Positions 1-10,072 of a stretch of DNA of 64,000 nucleotides are shown here, one piece after another. How positions within the stretch are numbered: the first letter of the stretch is position 1; the number at the start of each line of letters is the position of its first letter. The translations under genes and the position numbers were made by a program. The stretch is from Chitinophagaceae bacterium. Lineage in GTDB: Bacteria; Bacteroidota; Bacteroidia; Chitinophagales; JADJOU01. The notes under the pieces are model-generated. The model was not told the origin of the DNA and did not search any database. It saw only the letters and a program-made list of their open reading frames with translations. The stretch spans positions 1,709-65,708 of the forward strand of contig JAFEIJ010000030.1 in assembly GCA_017495115.1 (NCBI GenBank). The letters run 5' to 3'.

Positions 1-305
1 TCGTTAGCGACCCAGATGAATGGGCAAAGGTTATGTATGAAAGAAAATAAATCAACTAGGCATAACAGCTAGGGTTTCATTAGGCTCAACGAGCCAATAA
101 TGAAACTCACTAGTCGCAAAGTCCTATCTTTAAAAAACATTTACTTCATTACTTTTGGTATTATCTGCTTTGGCAAATATAGTTAAAAAGTATCACAATC
201 ATTGGTTTTGTCATTTTTTAATTTAGTCGGTTTGTGAGGAAATGAAACGAGGCGTAGGAGTTTCTTCAAAGCCAATAAATAAGGAAAAATGCTATACATT
301 TTATC

Positions 306-341
306 AAAAAAAAAGAGAAGCCGAAGCTTCTCTTTTTTTTT
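306..341 (-). terminator. Rho-independent terminator directly after the giant adhesin gene (symmetric, could act in both directions)
   Basis: Perfect 8-bp stem AGAGAAGC / GCTTCTCT with CGAA loop (314-333), flanked by an A-run (306-313) and a T-run (334-341). The T-run overlaps the adhesin stop codon at 340-342. Confidence 0.8.
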
Positions 342-3300
342 AATTTCTCATCACCTGAATAAATCCGGTTTTGGTTTTTTCATCTTGATCTTCTAACTCT
401 ATGATATAATAATATACACCGTCTGGTAGCAATTCGCCATCAAAATGACTTCCACCCCAGTTATTTTGATATACACCATTGCTTCTCCACACCATATTGC
501 CCCAACGATTAAATACCGATAAACGTAAGTTTGGATACTTTTTCTTAAATGATGCCGGAATTACAAAATTTTCATTTGCACCATCACCATTAGGAGAAAT
601 ATAATTTGGAATATTTTCATCATCCGGGCATTTGTTATCTAGATAAACCCAGAACGTATATACTTCATCGGGTCTTCCATCCGTGTATGTATACGTTTTT
701 GAAACTTGAACGGAATCCATACCGCAACTATCTGAAAATTTGGTATACGTCACTCTACCTGTTGCTGGATTAATAACGACAGTACCTTTGTTTGGATTAG
801 ACACAATATTATAAGACTCCGAAGCTCCGTTTGGTTTCTTTGGAATTCCATTATTTTCATTCAAATCAATATCAACGATTCCATTAGAATTTGTAGCATT
901 CGTTACGGTTGTATCTTTTGGTTTGTTTAATGAAACAATCACATAGGCGGTACTACATACATTTTTAATCGTATCGCATAATTGATATTCAATCGTGTCA
1001 TAACCTACATAATTAGTATCCGTAGGTGTATAAGTGAGTTGACCCGTTATAGGATCAATCGTTGCGGTACCTTTTTTAGGATTTCCATTAGGTGTAATCG
1101 AAAACTTACTACCATTTTTAACCCCATCATTAGCCGCTACATCTATAATAGTACTACCTGATTTTGTAGGATCCAACTGTACATAATCATTTTTAGCTCC
1201 AAAATCAACACATTTAATTAAAGTAACTGTAATTGGATTATCCGCTCCTGTGCTGTAGCATTTATTTACCGTATCTCTAAAATAAGGGAAATACGTTCCT
1301 GCTCTAACCGAATCTGGTCTTGAAACTACAACACCCGTTGAAGTTCTCCACTCAATGACCGTTCCTTCTGGTTTATTTTTTGGTACTAAAAGTGTTAGAT
1401 TAGCAACTGAATCTGGACAAACATTATTATGTGTATTACTTTCAAATTTAGGCTGTTCTTTACCTGCAATACATTTATTATTACAATCTTCTAAAGAAAC
1501 TAAAACGCTTGTTCCATCTTGCCCAGCATTACTATAACATTTATTTATTGAATCATAAAAAACGGCGTAATAGGTGCCTGTGGAAACAGACGATGGATTT
1601 GCTACTTTATTTAATGTAGAAGCGGGTAAATCTGTGTGCCATTGTAATACTACATGTTGATTTGTAGGCTTATTTGAAACGGAAATACTTAATAAATTAG
1701 CTGAAGTAGTAGGGCAAATATTTTTTAATGTGCTCGCGCTTAAAATTGGTTTTACATTACCCGAATTACAAGGAGTATTACAATTAATTAAAGCAACCGT
1801 AACTGGAGATGCAGCGTTGCCTTTATCAGAATAACAATTGTTTTTCGCATCAAAAAATGCAGCATAATACGTTCCTGCAATAGATACAGCGCTTGGGTTC
1901 GACACGCGATTCGCATTAGAAGCTGGTAAGCTTGTATGCCATGTCAACTGTGTATTTTTAGGCGTATTCGTTGCCGTAACTTTCGTTAAATCAACCGTTG
2001 CTATTGGACAAGGATTCGTTAAAGAAGATACCGATAATCTTGGTGCATCGATTCCAGACTGACACTCAGGACAATTTGAAGTTGAAACTACTACTCTTCT
2101 AGTAGCCATTCCAGACAGACTAAAACATTTTCTTGTTGTGTCATATAGCACGGCATAATACGTACCCGCAGAAATTTGCGTTGGATTAACTACTTTATTT
2201 GACATCGAAGCAGGTGTTGCTGTATGCCAGCTCACAATTACGGAGCCGCCTGAACTGGATGACAACTGAGTCAAATCTACCGTAGTTGTTGGACAATTAT
2301 TTATTGCGGTATCTCTTGACAATACAGGCATTTGACTAAATGTATCACAATACGATGGCGTATCACATTTCTTGATTACTACTTGTACAGCTTTTGTTCC
2401 AAGACCTGCACCACTATAACAATTATTTGAAGGATCAAAGAATACAGCATAATACGTTCCTGTATTAGATACAACATTATTTGCAACTTTATTTGAAGCT
2501 GTGGTTGGAACAGCAGAATGCCACTGCAAAACAGTACCTGATGGTCTATTTGATGCAGAAATTGCACTTAAATCTACTGTTTTAGTTGGACATGTATTTG
2601 TAGCTAATTCTTGAGAGAAGATAGGTGCATTTGCTCCCGCATTACAAGGGGTGTTACAATTTGTAATTGTTACAATATATTCTTGAGTTGCTGTTCCCTC
2701 TCCTGCATAACATTGATTTGTAGGGTCAAAATAGATTGCATAATAGGTTCCTGCTGTAACTGCATTAGGGTTTTTAACTCTTGAAGTACTTGTCACAACT
2801 GGACTTGTATGCCATTCTACAACAATACCACTTGGTTGATTGGTTGGCTTAATAGCTGTTAAATCAACGGTAGTAGCTGGGCATGTATTAGATATACCTT
2901 GACCTGGTAACATTGGCGCGGACTCACCTGCACTACAATCAGTACATGTTCTTAAAGTAACACTTAATGGTGTCGTTAAATTACCATTACTACTATAACA
3001 ACCTTGTACAACATCATAAAAAACAGCATAATACGTTCCTGCACGAACAGCGTATGGATTTGCTACTTTTGTTGAAGCACTAACCGGAGTAGCAGAATGC
3101 CATTCTAAAACCACTCCATTAGGTTGATTAGTAGCACTAACATATGTTAAATCCGCTAAACTATCTGGACACAAGTTTGTAATTGAAAGTGCGTCTAACA
3201 TTGGAGCTTCCGTTCCTGCATTACAACACTTGGTTTCGGTAACAGTAACTGGAGTAAACGCCCCTTGACCATTATTTGCTAGACAATTGTTTGCCGAATC

Positions 3301-6300
3301 ATAGAACGTAGCATAATAAATACCTGCACTTACTGCCGTTGGATTAGAAACTAAAAAGCTCGAATTTGTTGTATTTGAAGTATACCATCTTAGAATAACA
3401 CCTTTTGGTTTATTTAAAACAACGACATTATTAAGATTAGCTGTTGTTAAAGGACACGTTGTATTTAATTCACTACTTGAAAACTGAGGACTTGTATTTC
3501 CTGAAACTAAACACTTAGGGCACGTTGTATTTGTAACAATAACTTGTGTTCCAGAAGCGCCATTTAAAGAATAACAATTTTTTAAACTATCAAAAAATAC
3601 GGCATAATACGTGCCACTATTAACCACTTTTGGATTCGAAACTTTATTAGCACTCGTTGCTGGTAAAGCCGTATGCCATTGTAATTTAGCACCACTTGGT
3701 AAATTAGTAGCTGTAATTGCTGTTAAATCCGAAGTTAAAGCAGGACATAAATTTGTAATATCATTTCCTCCAGATAAAATAGGATTTGAATTGCCACTAT
3801 TACATGTATCCGGACACGTTTTAATAACAACTAGAAGTTCTTTTCCTGATTGTCCATTTTGGCTATAACAATTATTCGTAGCATCATAAAATACCGCATA
3901 CACTTTTCCAGTGACATTATACTGTGCTGGATTTGAAACTTTATTTGAATTAGATGCTGGAAGTGCTGTATGCCATTGAACAACAGTACCTTTTGGTTGA
4001 TTTGATACTTTAATCGCAGTTAAATCTATGGTAGCTATTGGGCAAATATTACCTAAAGCTGTTTCTTTAAAGTCTGGTGCGTAATTTCCTGAATTACAAG
4101 GATTCGGACAATTGGTAGTGCTTGCAATTACAGACGTTGTTCCCAAGCCACCTGTTGTATAACATTTATTTACTGAATCATAAAACACCGCATAATAAGT
4201 ACCACTTGTTACCGATTTTGGATTTTGTACTTTATTTGCATCGTTTGTAGGAATATTTGTATGCCATTGTAAAACCGCTCCTACAGGTCGGTTACTTGTA
4301 GCAATTGTAGTTAAGTCCACCATAGTTGCTGGACAAATATTTGTAATTTGATTTGCACTCAAAACGGGAGCGACTTTACCCGCATTACAATTTGTAGGAC
4401 AACTTGTAGTTGAAACTTTTACTTCATACATTCCGTATCCATCGCCACTATAACAATTATTAGTAGCATCATAAAACACTGCGTAATATGTTCCACTTAA
4501 CACTTGACTTGGGTTTTGCAATTTATTAGCACTTGTTGCCGGAACTCCAGAATGCCATTGTAAAACAGCACCTGAAGGCGTATTCGAAGCCGTTATAGAT
4601 GTTAAATCAGCCGTTGTTGTTGGACAATTATTAGTTAATACTTCTTGACTTAATTTAGGTGCAATTGGTCCAGATTTACATGGGTTAGGACAACTTGTAA
4701 TAGTTACAATTAATGGCGTTCCATTTTGTCCTCCCTTGCTGTAACAATTATTAGTTACATCAAAGAAAACGGCAAAATAAATTCCAGCAGGAACCGCACT
4801 AGGATTTGAAACCTTCGTATTGCTTGAAACAGGTAAACTTGTATGCCATTCTAAAATAGTACCATTAGGTTGATTATTAGCCGTAACAAGAGTTAAATCA
4901 GCAGTAGTTGCTGGACAAATATTGCTTAAACCAATACTAGATAGTTTAGGGTCTGTATTTCCAGCATTGCAATCTGTACAATTTGAATTTGTAACTAAAA
5001 CGCTAGTTCCATCATTACCAGAATTTGAATAACAATTTGATGAAGGATTATAATATACCGCATAATACGTTCCCGTATTTACTGCACCAGGATTTGAAAC
5101 TTTCGTATTGCTTGAAGCAGGTAAACTCGTATGCCATTCTAAAACAGAACCTACAGGTTGATTATTTGGTGTAATTTGAGTTAAATCCGATGTCAGAATT
5201 GGACAAATATTTGAAATTGAATTATTTGACAAAATTGGTTTTCCAGTCGGAATACAATTAAATGGCTTAATTGAATCACATAGCGTTTTGCGACATCCTG
5301 ACAAATCACTAACCGTTACACAATAACGATTTGGAGTTAGATTTGAAATTTTAGCAGTTGTTGCATTATTTGACCATAAATAGGTGTACGTTGAAGATGA
5401 ACCACCAGACACTTGTGCTTCAATAGCACCATCATTATTTGAAGTGCTAGATGGCTGAATTGTAGCTAAAGCAAGATTTAGAGCTGTAGTTCCTTGCTGT
5501 ATTGTAGCAGAAGCATTTACCGTACAGTTATTCGCATCCGTTACCGTTACCGAATATGTACCTGCAACTAAATTCATTAAATCTTCTGAAGTATCACCGT
5601 TAGACCAAGCATATTTATATCCATTTGCTTTTCTACCTCCGGTAACTTGAAGATCTATAATACCCGTATTTCCATTTAAACAAGGCGTATTTACAGATGA
5701 AACACTTGCCGTCATTTTAGTTGGATTTTCAACCACAAACGATTTTGTAGCAGTACAATTCAACGCATCGGTAACCGTTACGTTATATGAACCTGCCGCA
5801 ATATTGTTATTTGAAGAAGTTGTAGATGCTCCAGAAGACCATGCAAACGTATATGGTGAAGTGCCACCTGATACCATTGCACTAGCCGACCCTGTAGCGT
5901 CTCCAAAACAATTTGGCTTTGTCGTTGTAACACTTACAATGCTTAAACCTTTACATGCTGTTGAAGCACAATTAAAGGATTCAACAACGGTACAATTATT
6001 AGCATCCGTTACAGTTACACTAAAATTACCACTTCCAATATTAGAAATTGAAGACGTTGTAGAGATTTGAGAATTATTTGCATCTGCCCATTTATAAGTA
6101 TAAGGTGATGTCCCTCCTGAAACTGAAACACTTGCTAATCCATCAAATGGTGATGCCGCTTTAGTATTACAAGTGAAGGTAAGTAAAGGATTTAATTTAG
6201 AATTTTCAGAAATAAACGTATTTGAAGATGCTTTACATCCTTTATTATCAGTAACTGTTACGGAATAAGAACCAGACAATTGGTTAGTTATACTAGAAGT

Positions 6301-9300
6301 TGTGGCTCCTGTTGACCATAAATATGAATAAGGCGAAGAGCCTCCTGAAGCGGAAACTGAACTAGCACCAGTTGAGGCACCACCACAAATAACTTTCGTA
6401 TTCGTAAAAGAAATTGTAGGTGCAGAACAAACAAAATCTGAAATAACAACACTTCCAATTGCGGTACAATTATTTGCATCAGTAACCGTAACATTATATG
6501 TGCCCGGAGACAAATTGGAAACGGCTGCATTAGAACCTAAACCATTGCTCCAAGAAAATGTATATGGAGAGGTGCCTCCTGAAACGGAAGCATTAGCATT
6601 TCCATTATTATTGCTCATTGTACTTGGATCATTTTTAGAAATCGTTACAATAATTTCTGAAGCCGGTTGTTGTATAATTGTAGATGCATTTAATTTACAA
6701 TTATTTGCATCGGTGATCACAACTAAATAATTTCCAGCAACTACATTATTTAAATCTTCGGCAGTGCTATTATTTGACCACATATAAGTGTATGGAGATG
6801 TCCCTCCCGATACTTGTAAATTTGCAACACCTGATGCACCATTGAAACAAGAAATGTTAGTATTAGAAATACTCGCAGATATTTTTGCTGGCTCATTAAC
6901 GGTAAATAACCTAGAGGAAGTACAATTGGCATTATCTCTTACGGTTACAGCATAAGATCCACTTCCAATATTTTTTATTGAATCTTTTGTCGATCCATTA
7001 TTTGACCAAGTATATGTATATGGTGCCGTTCCACCCGAAATTATTGCAATAGCGCTTCCATTTTTATCCCCATTACATTTTGGAGTAAATATAGAAACCG
7101 AAGATATCGTTAAGTTATTACAACCAGGAGCGGCACAACTAAATGATTCAACAATAGTACAATTATTAGAATCCGTAACGGTTACCGCATATGCTCCACT
7201 TCCAACATTAGAAATAGAAGCGGTCGTAGCTATTTGTGTATTCGTTCCATCTACCCATTTAAACGTATACGGTTTAGTTCCTCCAGAAGGAGTAACAGTT
7301 GCATTTCCATCAAATGGACTATTAACCTTTGTGTTACAACTACTTGTAGTAGATGCTGTCAATTGAGGTCTTTCGGAAATAAATGTATTTGAAGATGAAG
7401 TACAGCCTTTGCTATCCGCAACGGTTACAGAATAGGACCCCGATTTATTGTTGGAAATCGTTTGTGTAGTGGCTCCTGTAGACCAGCTAAATGTATATGG
7501 TGTTGAACCACCACTAACGTTTACGGTACTTGTTCCATTACTAGCTCCAAAACAAGGTATTGTAGAATTGGTAAAAGATAAAATTGGAGAAGAACATACA
7601 AAAGTAGCTATAACTGCTTGCGTTGAAACCGTACAATTGTTGGCATCCGTAACCGTTACAGTATAAGTACCTGGAGATAAATTAGATACACTAGAATTCG
7701 TTCCTAGATTATTATTCCATTTAAAGGTATATGGACTCACGCCACCATTTGCAGTTGCCGATGCAGATCCATTATTATTGGCTGCAATACTTGGGTCATT
7801 TTTAGAAATTGTAACGGACAATGCGGATGAAGGTTGTGATATTGAAGTAGATGCTGAAACCGAACAATTATTGGCATCTTTAACAATAACTGTATAATTA
7901 CCCGAAGATACGTTATTAATATCTTGAGTAGTATCACCCGAACTCCAATCATAAGCGTATGGACTTGAACCACCAGACACTTGAAGATCTATAGCACCTG
8001 TTGAAGAACCAACACACCTTGCATTTGTAACTGAGAAACTCGTTGAAATTTGAGAAGGTTGCGTGATAGAAACGCTCGAAGAAACGGTACAATTTGCATT
8101 ATCCGTTACTGTTACGGAATATATACCTGCTGTTAATTTATTTGTTGTTGACGTTGAGTCATTATTTGACCATTTAAATTTAAATGGAGACGTGCCTCCA
8201 GAAACTACAGGGGTAGCCGAACCATTATTTCCATTAAAACAAGATATATTATTTTTTGATATCGAGCTAATTGCTAAGTTATTACACCCAGGCGTAGAAC
8301 AAGAAAACTGCGCAGAATCTTTACATCCTAAACTATCTGTAATCACTACTTTCTGAATTCCCGGTGTCTGAACATTAGTTATTGAAGACGTAGTAGCATT
8401 ATTTGACCACAAAAAAGTATAAGGTGATTTTCCACCCGAAGCAGTTGCTACTGCATTTCCGTCAAAAGGCGCTGAAACTTTGGCATTACATGATGAAGAA
8501 ATTATTGATGCAGTTAACCGATTCCCTTGAATTAAAGATATGTTCGAACTTGAATTACAGCCTTTGCTATCCGTAACCGTTAGAGAATAAGAACCTGCTG
8601 GTTTGCTTGAAATAGTTTGTGTATTGCCTTGTCCTCCTGAAGAGTTAGCCCATAAAAAACTATATGGAGCCGTGCCACCCGTTACATTAGCAGTAATGCT
8701 TCCTGTTGATGCTCCAAAACATTTAATATCTGTTTTAGTAAACGTAATATTAGGCGTAGAGCAAATAAATGTATTTATTACAACAGATTGTTCAACCGTA
8801 CAATTCACTGCATCCGTAACGGTAACTTTGTAAGTACCTGGCGTTAATGAACCAATTGAAGCACTTGTTGAATTATTTGACCATAAAAAAGTAAATGGCG
8901 CAGTGCCCCCAGAAACATTAGCTTGAGCAGAACCATCATTATTAGATGCATTACTACAATCCGTTTTTGTAATTGAAGCAGATAAACTATTACAACAAGA
9001 AACAATATTGACCGTTATTGAATCCGCATTCATGCCATTTTTTGAATAACAATTATTTAAGGTATCTTTAAATACGGCATAATATTTACCCGCTCCTAAT
9101 GCTGTTGTATTTGATACCAAATTCGAATTTGTTGCAGGTAACGAAGTATGCCATTGTAAAATACTATTGCTTGGACGATTAGATACCGAAATAGAATTTA
9201 AACTAACCGTACTAGCAGGGCAATTATTTTGAAGAGATGTAGCTGTAATATTAGGAACTGAACTATCTGCAAAACATAATGCTATTGAAGCAAAAGTATA

Positions 9301-10047
9301 GGCTCTAAAGCTATCTGGAACAATAGCATTTGTAGTAGTAATAGAACCTACCGATGTTAAACTTCCTATAACATTAGAAGCACCAAGGTTTACCCATCTA
9401 GAGCCATTCCAACCTGCAATAACTAAATTATATAATTTTGAATTCGTAATGGTATTGACGTCACTTCTTGAAGTATCCCAAGTTAAAATTATTCTTGTAG
9501 CTGTCGAACCATTAATATCCCAATATTCCTTAGTACTTACTAAAATGATTGACGTATCTTTTGAACTTCTAGAAAAAGGAGCGCCTGTAGGTAAAGCAGG
9601 TAAAATTCCTGATATCAAATTAGCAGCAGTAGCCGTATTTGGGTCTACATTAAAATATGCTGCTGATGCCGAAGTTCCTGAAGGTAACGACATCACACCT
9701 GATAATCCCAACTTATTATTATTTCCACTTGGGAACATAAACAACATACTTGAATTATTGCTGTAATACTTTACATAACCATCTACATGAGCGGTATTTA
9801 GTGCTCCAGAATAGGTATTAGTGGTATGAAAAGAAAACAATCCATTTACATTTGTTCTCGCTACACCTATTTTACCTGGCAAAGGACTACTGTTATTATT
9901 TAAAAAGTCATGATGACCATAAACAACAACTTCCGCATTATTAGGAATGTAAGTATTGCCAAATGAAGCTTGTTGTGCATTAATTTTAAAATTACTTAAA
10001 AAAATTAAAATGCAAACTACAAAAATTATTAGTTTATTATTTTTCAT
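340..10047 (-). CDS. Giant (3,235 aa) cell-surface adhesin, SprB-like, with a T9SS type-B C-terminal sorting domain
   Basis: Uninterrupted 9.7-kb ORF. N-terminal signal peptide MKNNKLIIFVVCILIFLSNFKINAQ. 16 SprB-type repeats (C..NG.A...VSGG..PY.F.WSN...TVTD.NNC). 15 copies of a ~95-aa NxCP..T.DLT...N.P.G..L.WH[TS]...NKV.NP..V..GTYYAVFYD..NNCYS unit. Two cadherin/Ig-like units (IDVAANDG...GTATIDPITGQLTYTP). C-terminus PNYISPNGDGANENFVIP...FNRWGNMVW...DGVYYYII...GFIQVMRN is typical of the gliding-motility-associated (type-B) CTD. Confidence 0.9.
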   Translation of the reverse strand: MKNNKLIIFVVCILIFLSNFKINAQQASFGNTYIPNNAEVVVYGHHDFLNNNSSPLPGKIGVARTNVNGLFSFHTTNTYSGALNTAHVDGYVKYYSNNSSMLFMFPSGNNNKLGLSGVMSLPSGTSASAAYFNVDPNTATAANLISGILPALPTGAPFSRSSKDTSIILVSTKEYWDINGSTATRIILTWDTSRSDVNTITNSKLYNLVIAGWNGSRWVNLGASNVIGSLTSVGSITTTNAIVPDSFRAYTFASIALCFADSSVPNITATSLQNNCPASTVSLNSISVSNRPSNSILQWHTSLPATNSNLVSNTTALGAGKYYAVFKDTLNNCYSKNGMNADSITVNIVSCCNSLSASITKTDCSNASNNDGSAQANVSGGTAPFTFLWSNNSTSASIGSLTPGTYKVTVTDAVNCTVEQSVVINTFICSTPNITFTKTDIKCFGASTGSITANVTGGTAPYSFLWANSSGGQGNTQTISSKPAGSYSLTVTDSKGCNSSSNISLIQGNRLTASIISSSCNAKVSAPFDGNAVATASGGKSPYTFLWSNNATTSSITNVQTPGIQKVVITDSLGCKDSAQFSCSTPGCNNLAISSISKNNISCFNGNNGSATPVVSGGTSPFKFKWSNNDSTSTTNKLTAGIYSVTVTDNANCTVSSSVSITQPSQISTSFSVTNARCVGSSTGAIDLQVSGGSSPYAYDWSSGDTTQDINNVSSGNYTVIVKDANNCSVSASTSISQPSSALSVTISKNDPSIAANNNGSASATANGGVSPYTFKWNNNLGTNSSVSNLSPGTYTVTVTDANNCTVSTQAVIATFVCSSPILSFTNSTIPCFGASNGTSTVNVSGGSTPYTFSWSTGATTQTISNNKSGSYSVTVADSKGCTSSSNTFISERPQLTASTTSSCNTKVNSPFDGNATVTPSGGTKPYTFKWVDGTNTQIATTASISNVGSGAYAVTVTDSNNCTIVESFSCAAPGCNNLTISSVSIFTPKCNGDKNGSAIAIISGGTAPYTYTWSNNGSTKDSIKNIGSGSYAVTVRDNANCTSSRLFTVNEPAKISASISNTNISCFNGASGVANLQVSGGTSPYTYMWSNNSTAEDLNNVVAGNYLVVITDANNCKLNASTIIQQPASEIIVTISKNDPSTMSNNNGNANASVSGGTSPYTFSWSNGLGSNAAVSNLSPGTYNVTVTDANNCTAIGSVVISDFVCSAPTISFTNTKVICGGASTGASSVSASGGSSPYSYLWSTGATTSSITNQLSGSYSVTVTDNKGCKASSNTFISENSKLNPLLTFTCNTKAASPFDGLASVSVSGGTSPYTYKWADANNSQISTTSSISNIGSGNFSVTVTDANNCTVVESFNCASTACKGLSIVSVTTTKPNCFGDATGSASAMVSGGTSPYTFAWSSGASTTSSNNNIAAGSYNVTVTDALNCTATKSFVVENPTKMTASVSSVNTPCLNGNTGIIDLQVTGGRKANGYKYAWSNGDTSEDLMNLVAGTYSVTVTDANNCTVNASATIQQGTTALNLALATIQPSSTSNNDGAIEAQVSGGSSSTYTYLWSNNATTAKISNLTPNRYCVTVSDLSGCRKTLCDSIKPFNCIPTGKPILSNNSISNICPILTSDLTQITPNNQPVGSVLEWHTSLPASSNTKVSNPGAVNTGTYYAVYYNPSSNCYSNSGNDGTSVLVTNSNCTDCNAGNTDPKLSSIGLSNICPATTADLTLVTANNQPNGTILEWHTSLPVSSNTKVSNPSAVPAGIYFAVFFDVTNNCYSKGGQNGTPLIVTITSCPNPCKSGPIAPKLSQEVLTNNCPTTTADLTSITASNTPSGAVLQWHSGVPATSANKLQNPSQVLSGTYYAVFYDATNNCYSGDGYGMYEVKVSTTSCPTNCNAGKVAPVLSANQITNICPATMVDLTTIATSNRPVGAVLQWHTNIPTNDANKVQNPKSVTSGTYYAVFYDSVNKCYTTGGLGTTSVIASTTNCPNPCNSGNYAPDFKETALGNICPIATIDLTAIKVSNQPKGTVVQWHTALPASNSNKVSNPAQYNVTGKVYAVFYDATNNCYSQNGQSGKELLVVIKTCPDTCNSGNSNPILSGGNDITNLCPALTSDLTAITATNLPSGAKLQWHTALPATSANKVSNPKVVNSGTYYAVFFDSLKNCYSLNGASGTQVIVTNTTCPKCLVSGNTSPQFSSSELNTTCPLTTANLNNVVVLNKPKGVILRWYTSNTTNSSFLVSNPTAVSAGIYYATFYDSANNCLANNGQGAFTPVTVTETKCCNAGTEAPMLDALSITNLCPDSLADLTYVSATNQPNGVVLEWHSATPVSASTKVANPYAVRAGTYYAVFYDVVQGCYSSNGNLTTPLSVTLRTCTDCSAGESAPMLPGQGISNTCPATTVDLTAIKPTNQPSGIVVEWHTSPVVTSTSRVKNPNAVTAGTYYAIYFDPTNQCYAGEGTATQEYIVTITNCNTPCNAGANAPIFSQELATNTCPTKTVDLSAISASNRPSGTVLQWHSAVPTTASNKVANNVVSNTGTYYAVFFDPSNNCYSGAGLGTKAVQVVIKKCDTPSYCDTFSQMPVLSRDTAINNCPTTTVDLTQLSSSSGGSVIVSWHTATPASMSNKVVNPTQISAGTYYAVLYDTTRKCFSLSGMATRRVVVSTSNCPECQSGIDAPRLSVSSLTNPCPIATVDLTKVTATNTPKNTQLTWHTSLPASNANRVSNPSAVSIAGTYYAAFFDAKNNCYSDKGNAASPVTVALINCNTPCNSGNVKPILSASTLKNICPTTSANLLSISVSNKPTNQHVVLQWHTDLPASTLNKVANPSSVSTGTYYAVFYDSINKCYSNAGQDGTSVLVSLEDCNNKCIAGKEQPKFESNTHNNVCPDSVANLTLLVPKNKPEGTVIEWRTSTGVVVSRPDSVRAGTYFPYFRDTVNKCYSTGADNPITVTLIKCVDFGAKNDYVQLDPTKSGSTIIDVAANDGVKNGSKFSITPNGNPKKGTATIDPITGQLTYTPTDTNYVGYDTIEYQLCDTIKNVCSTAYVIVSLNKPKDTTVTNATNSNGIVDIDLNENNGIPKKPNGASESYNIVSNPNKGTVVINPATGRVTYTKFSDSCGMDSVQVSKTYTYTDGRPDEVYTFWVYLDNKCPDDENIPNYISPNGDGANENFVIPASFKKKYPNLRLSVFNRWGNMVWRSNGVYQNNWGGSHFDGELLPDGVYYYIIELEDQDEKTKTGFIQVMRN
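1210..5259 (-). repeat. 14 tandem ~95-aa Cys-bracketed repeats with a W-H-[TS] ... G-T-Y-Y-A-V-F-Y-D ... N-C-Y-S core (a 15th copy lies at about 8998-9240)
   Basis: I counted the cores directly in the translation (LEWHTSLP, LQWHSGVP, LQWHTNIP, VQWHTALP, and so on down to a degenerate IEWRTS). Each is preceded by N.CP..T.DLT and followed by GTYYAVF.D..N.CYS. Confidence 0.85.
5260..8997 (-). repeat. SprB-type repeat block: 16 units organised as one lone unit plus three 5-unit super-repeats
   Basis: Five sequence-distinct unit types (A-E) recur in the same order three times. Super-repeat starts are CSTPNITF (nt 8763, aa 429), CSSPILSF (nt 7596, aa 818) and CSAPTISF (nt 6429, aa 1207). The block ends near aa 1596, so each super-repeat is 389-390 aa. 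Confidence 0.85.
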
Positions 10048-10072
10048 CTTATCTCAATTAATTATTGACAAA

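Noticed and set aside
74-106. Compound hairpin GTTTCATTA-GGCTC-AAC-GAGCC-AA-TAATGAAAC, downstream of a plus-strand ORF tail that ends at nt 50.
   Set aside because: It could be a terminator or a small structured RNA. There is no T-run, I recognise no ncRNA family, and the window edge removes the context, so there is not enough to call a feature.
1355-9766. Many 60-105-aa ORFs on the plus strand, and in other minus frames, inside the giant adhesin gene (e.g. 1355-1537, 3611-3868, 5804-6070, 8063-8356, 9449-9766).
   Set aside because: They lie entirely within a 9.7-kb ORF that has strong domain evidence. They recur because the underlying DNA is repetitive (note the repeated ...YGEVPPET... shadow translations). 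They have no start or promoter context and are treated as shadow ORFs.
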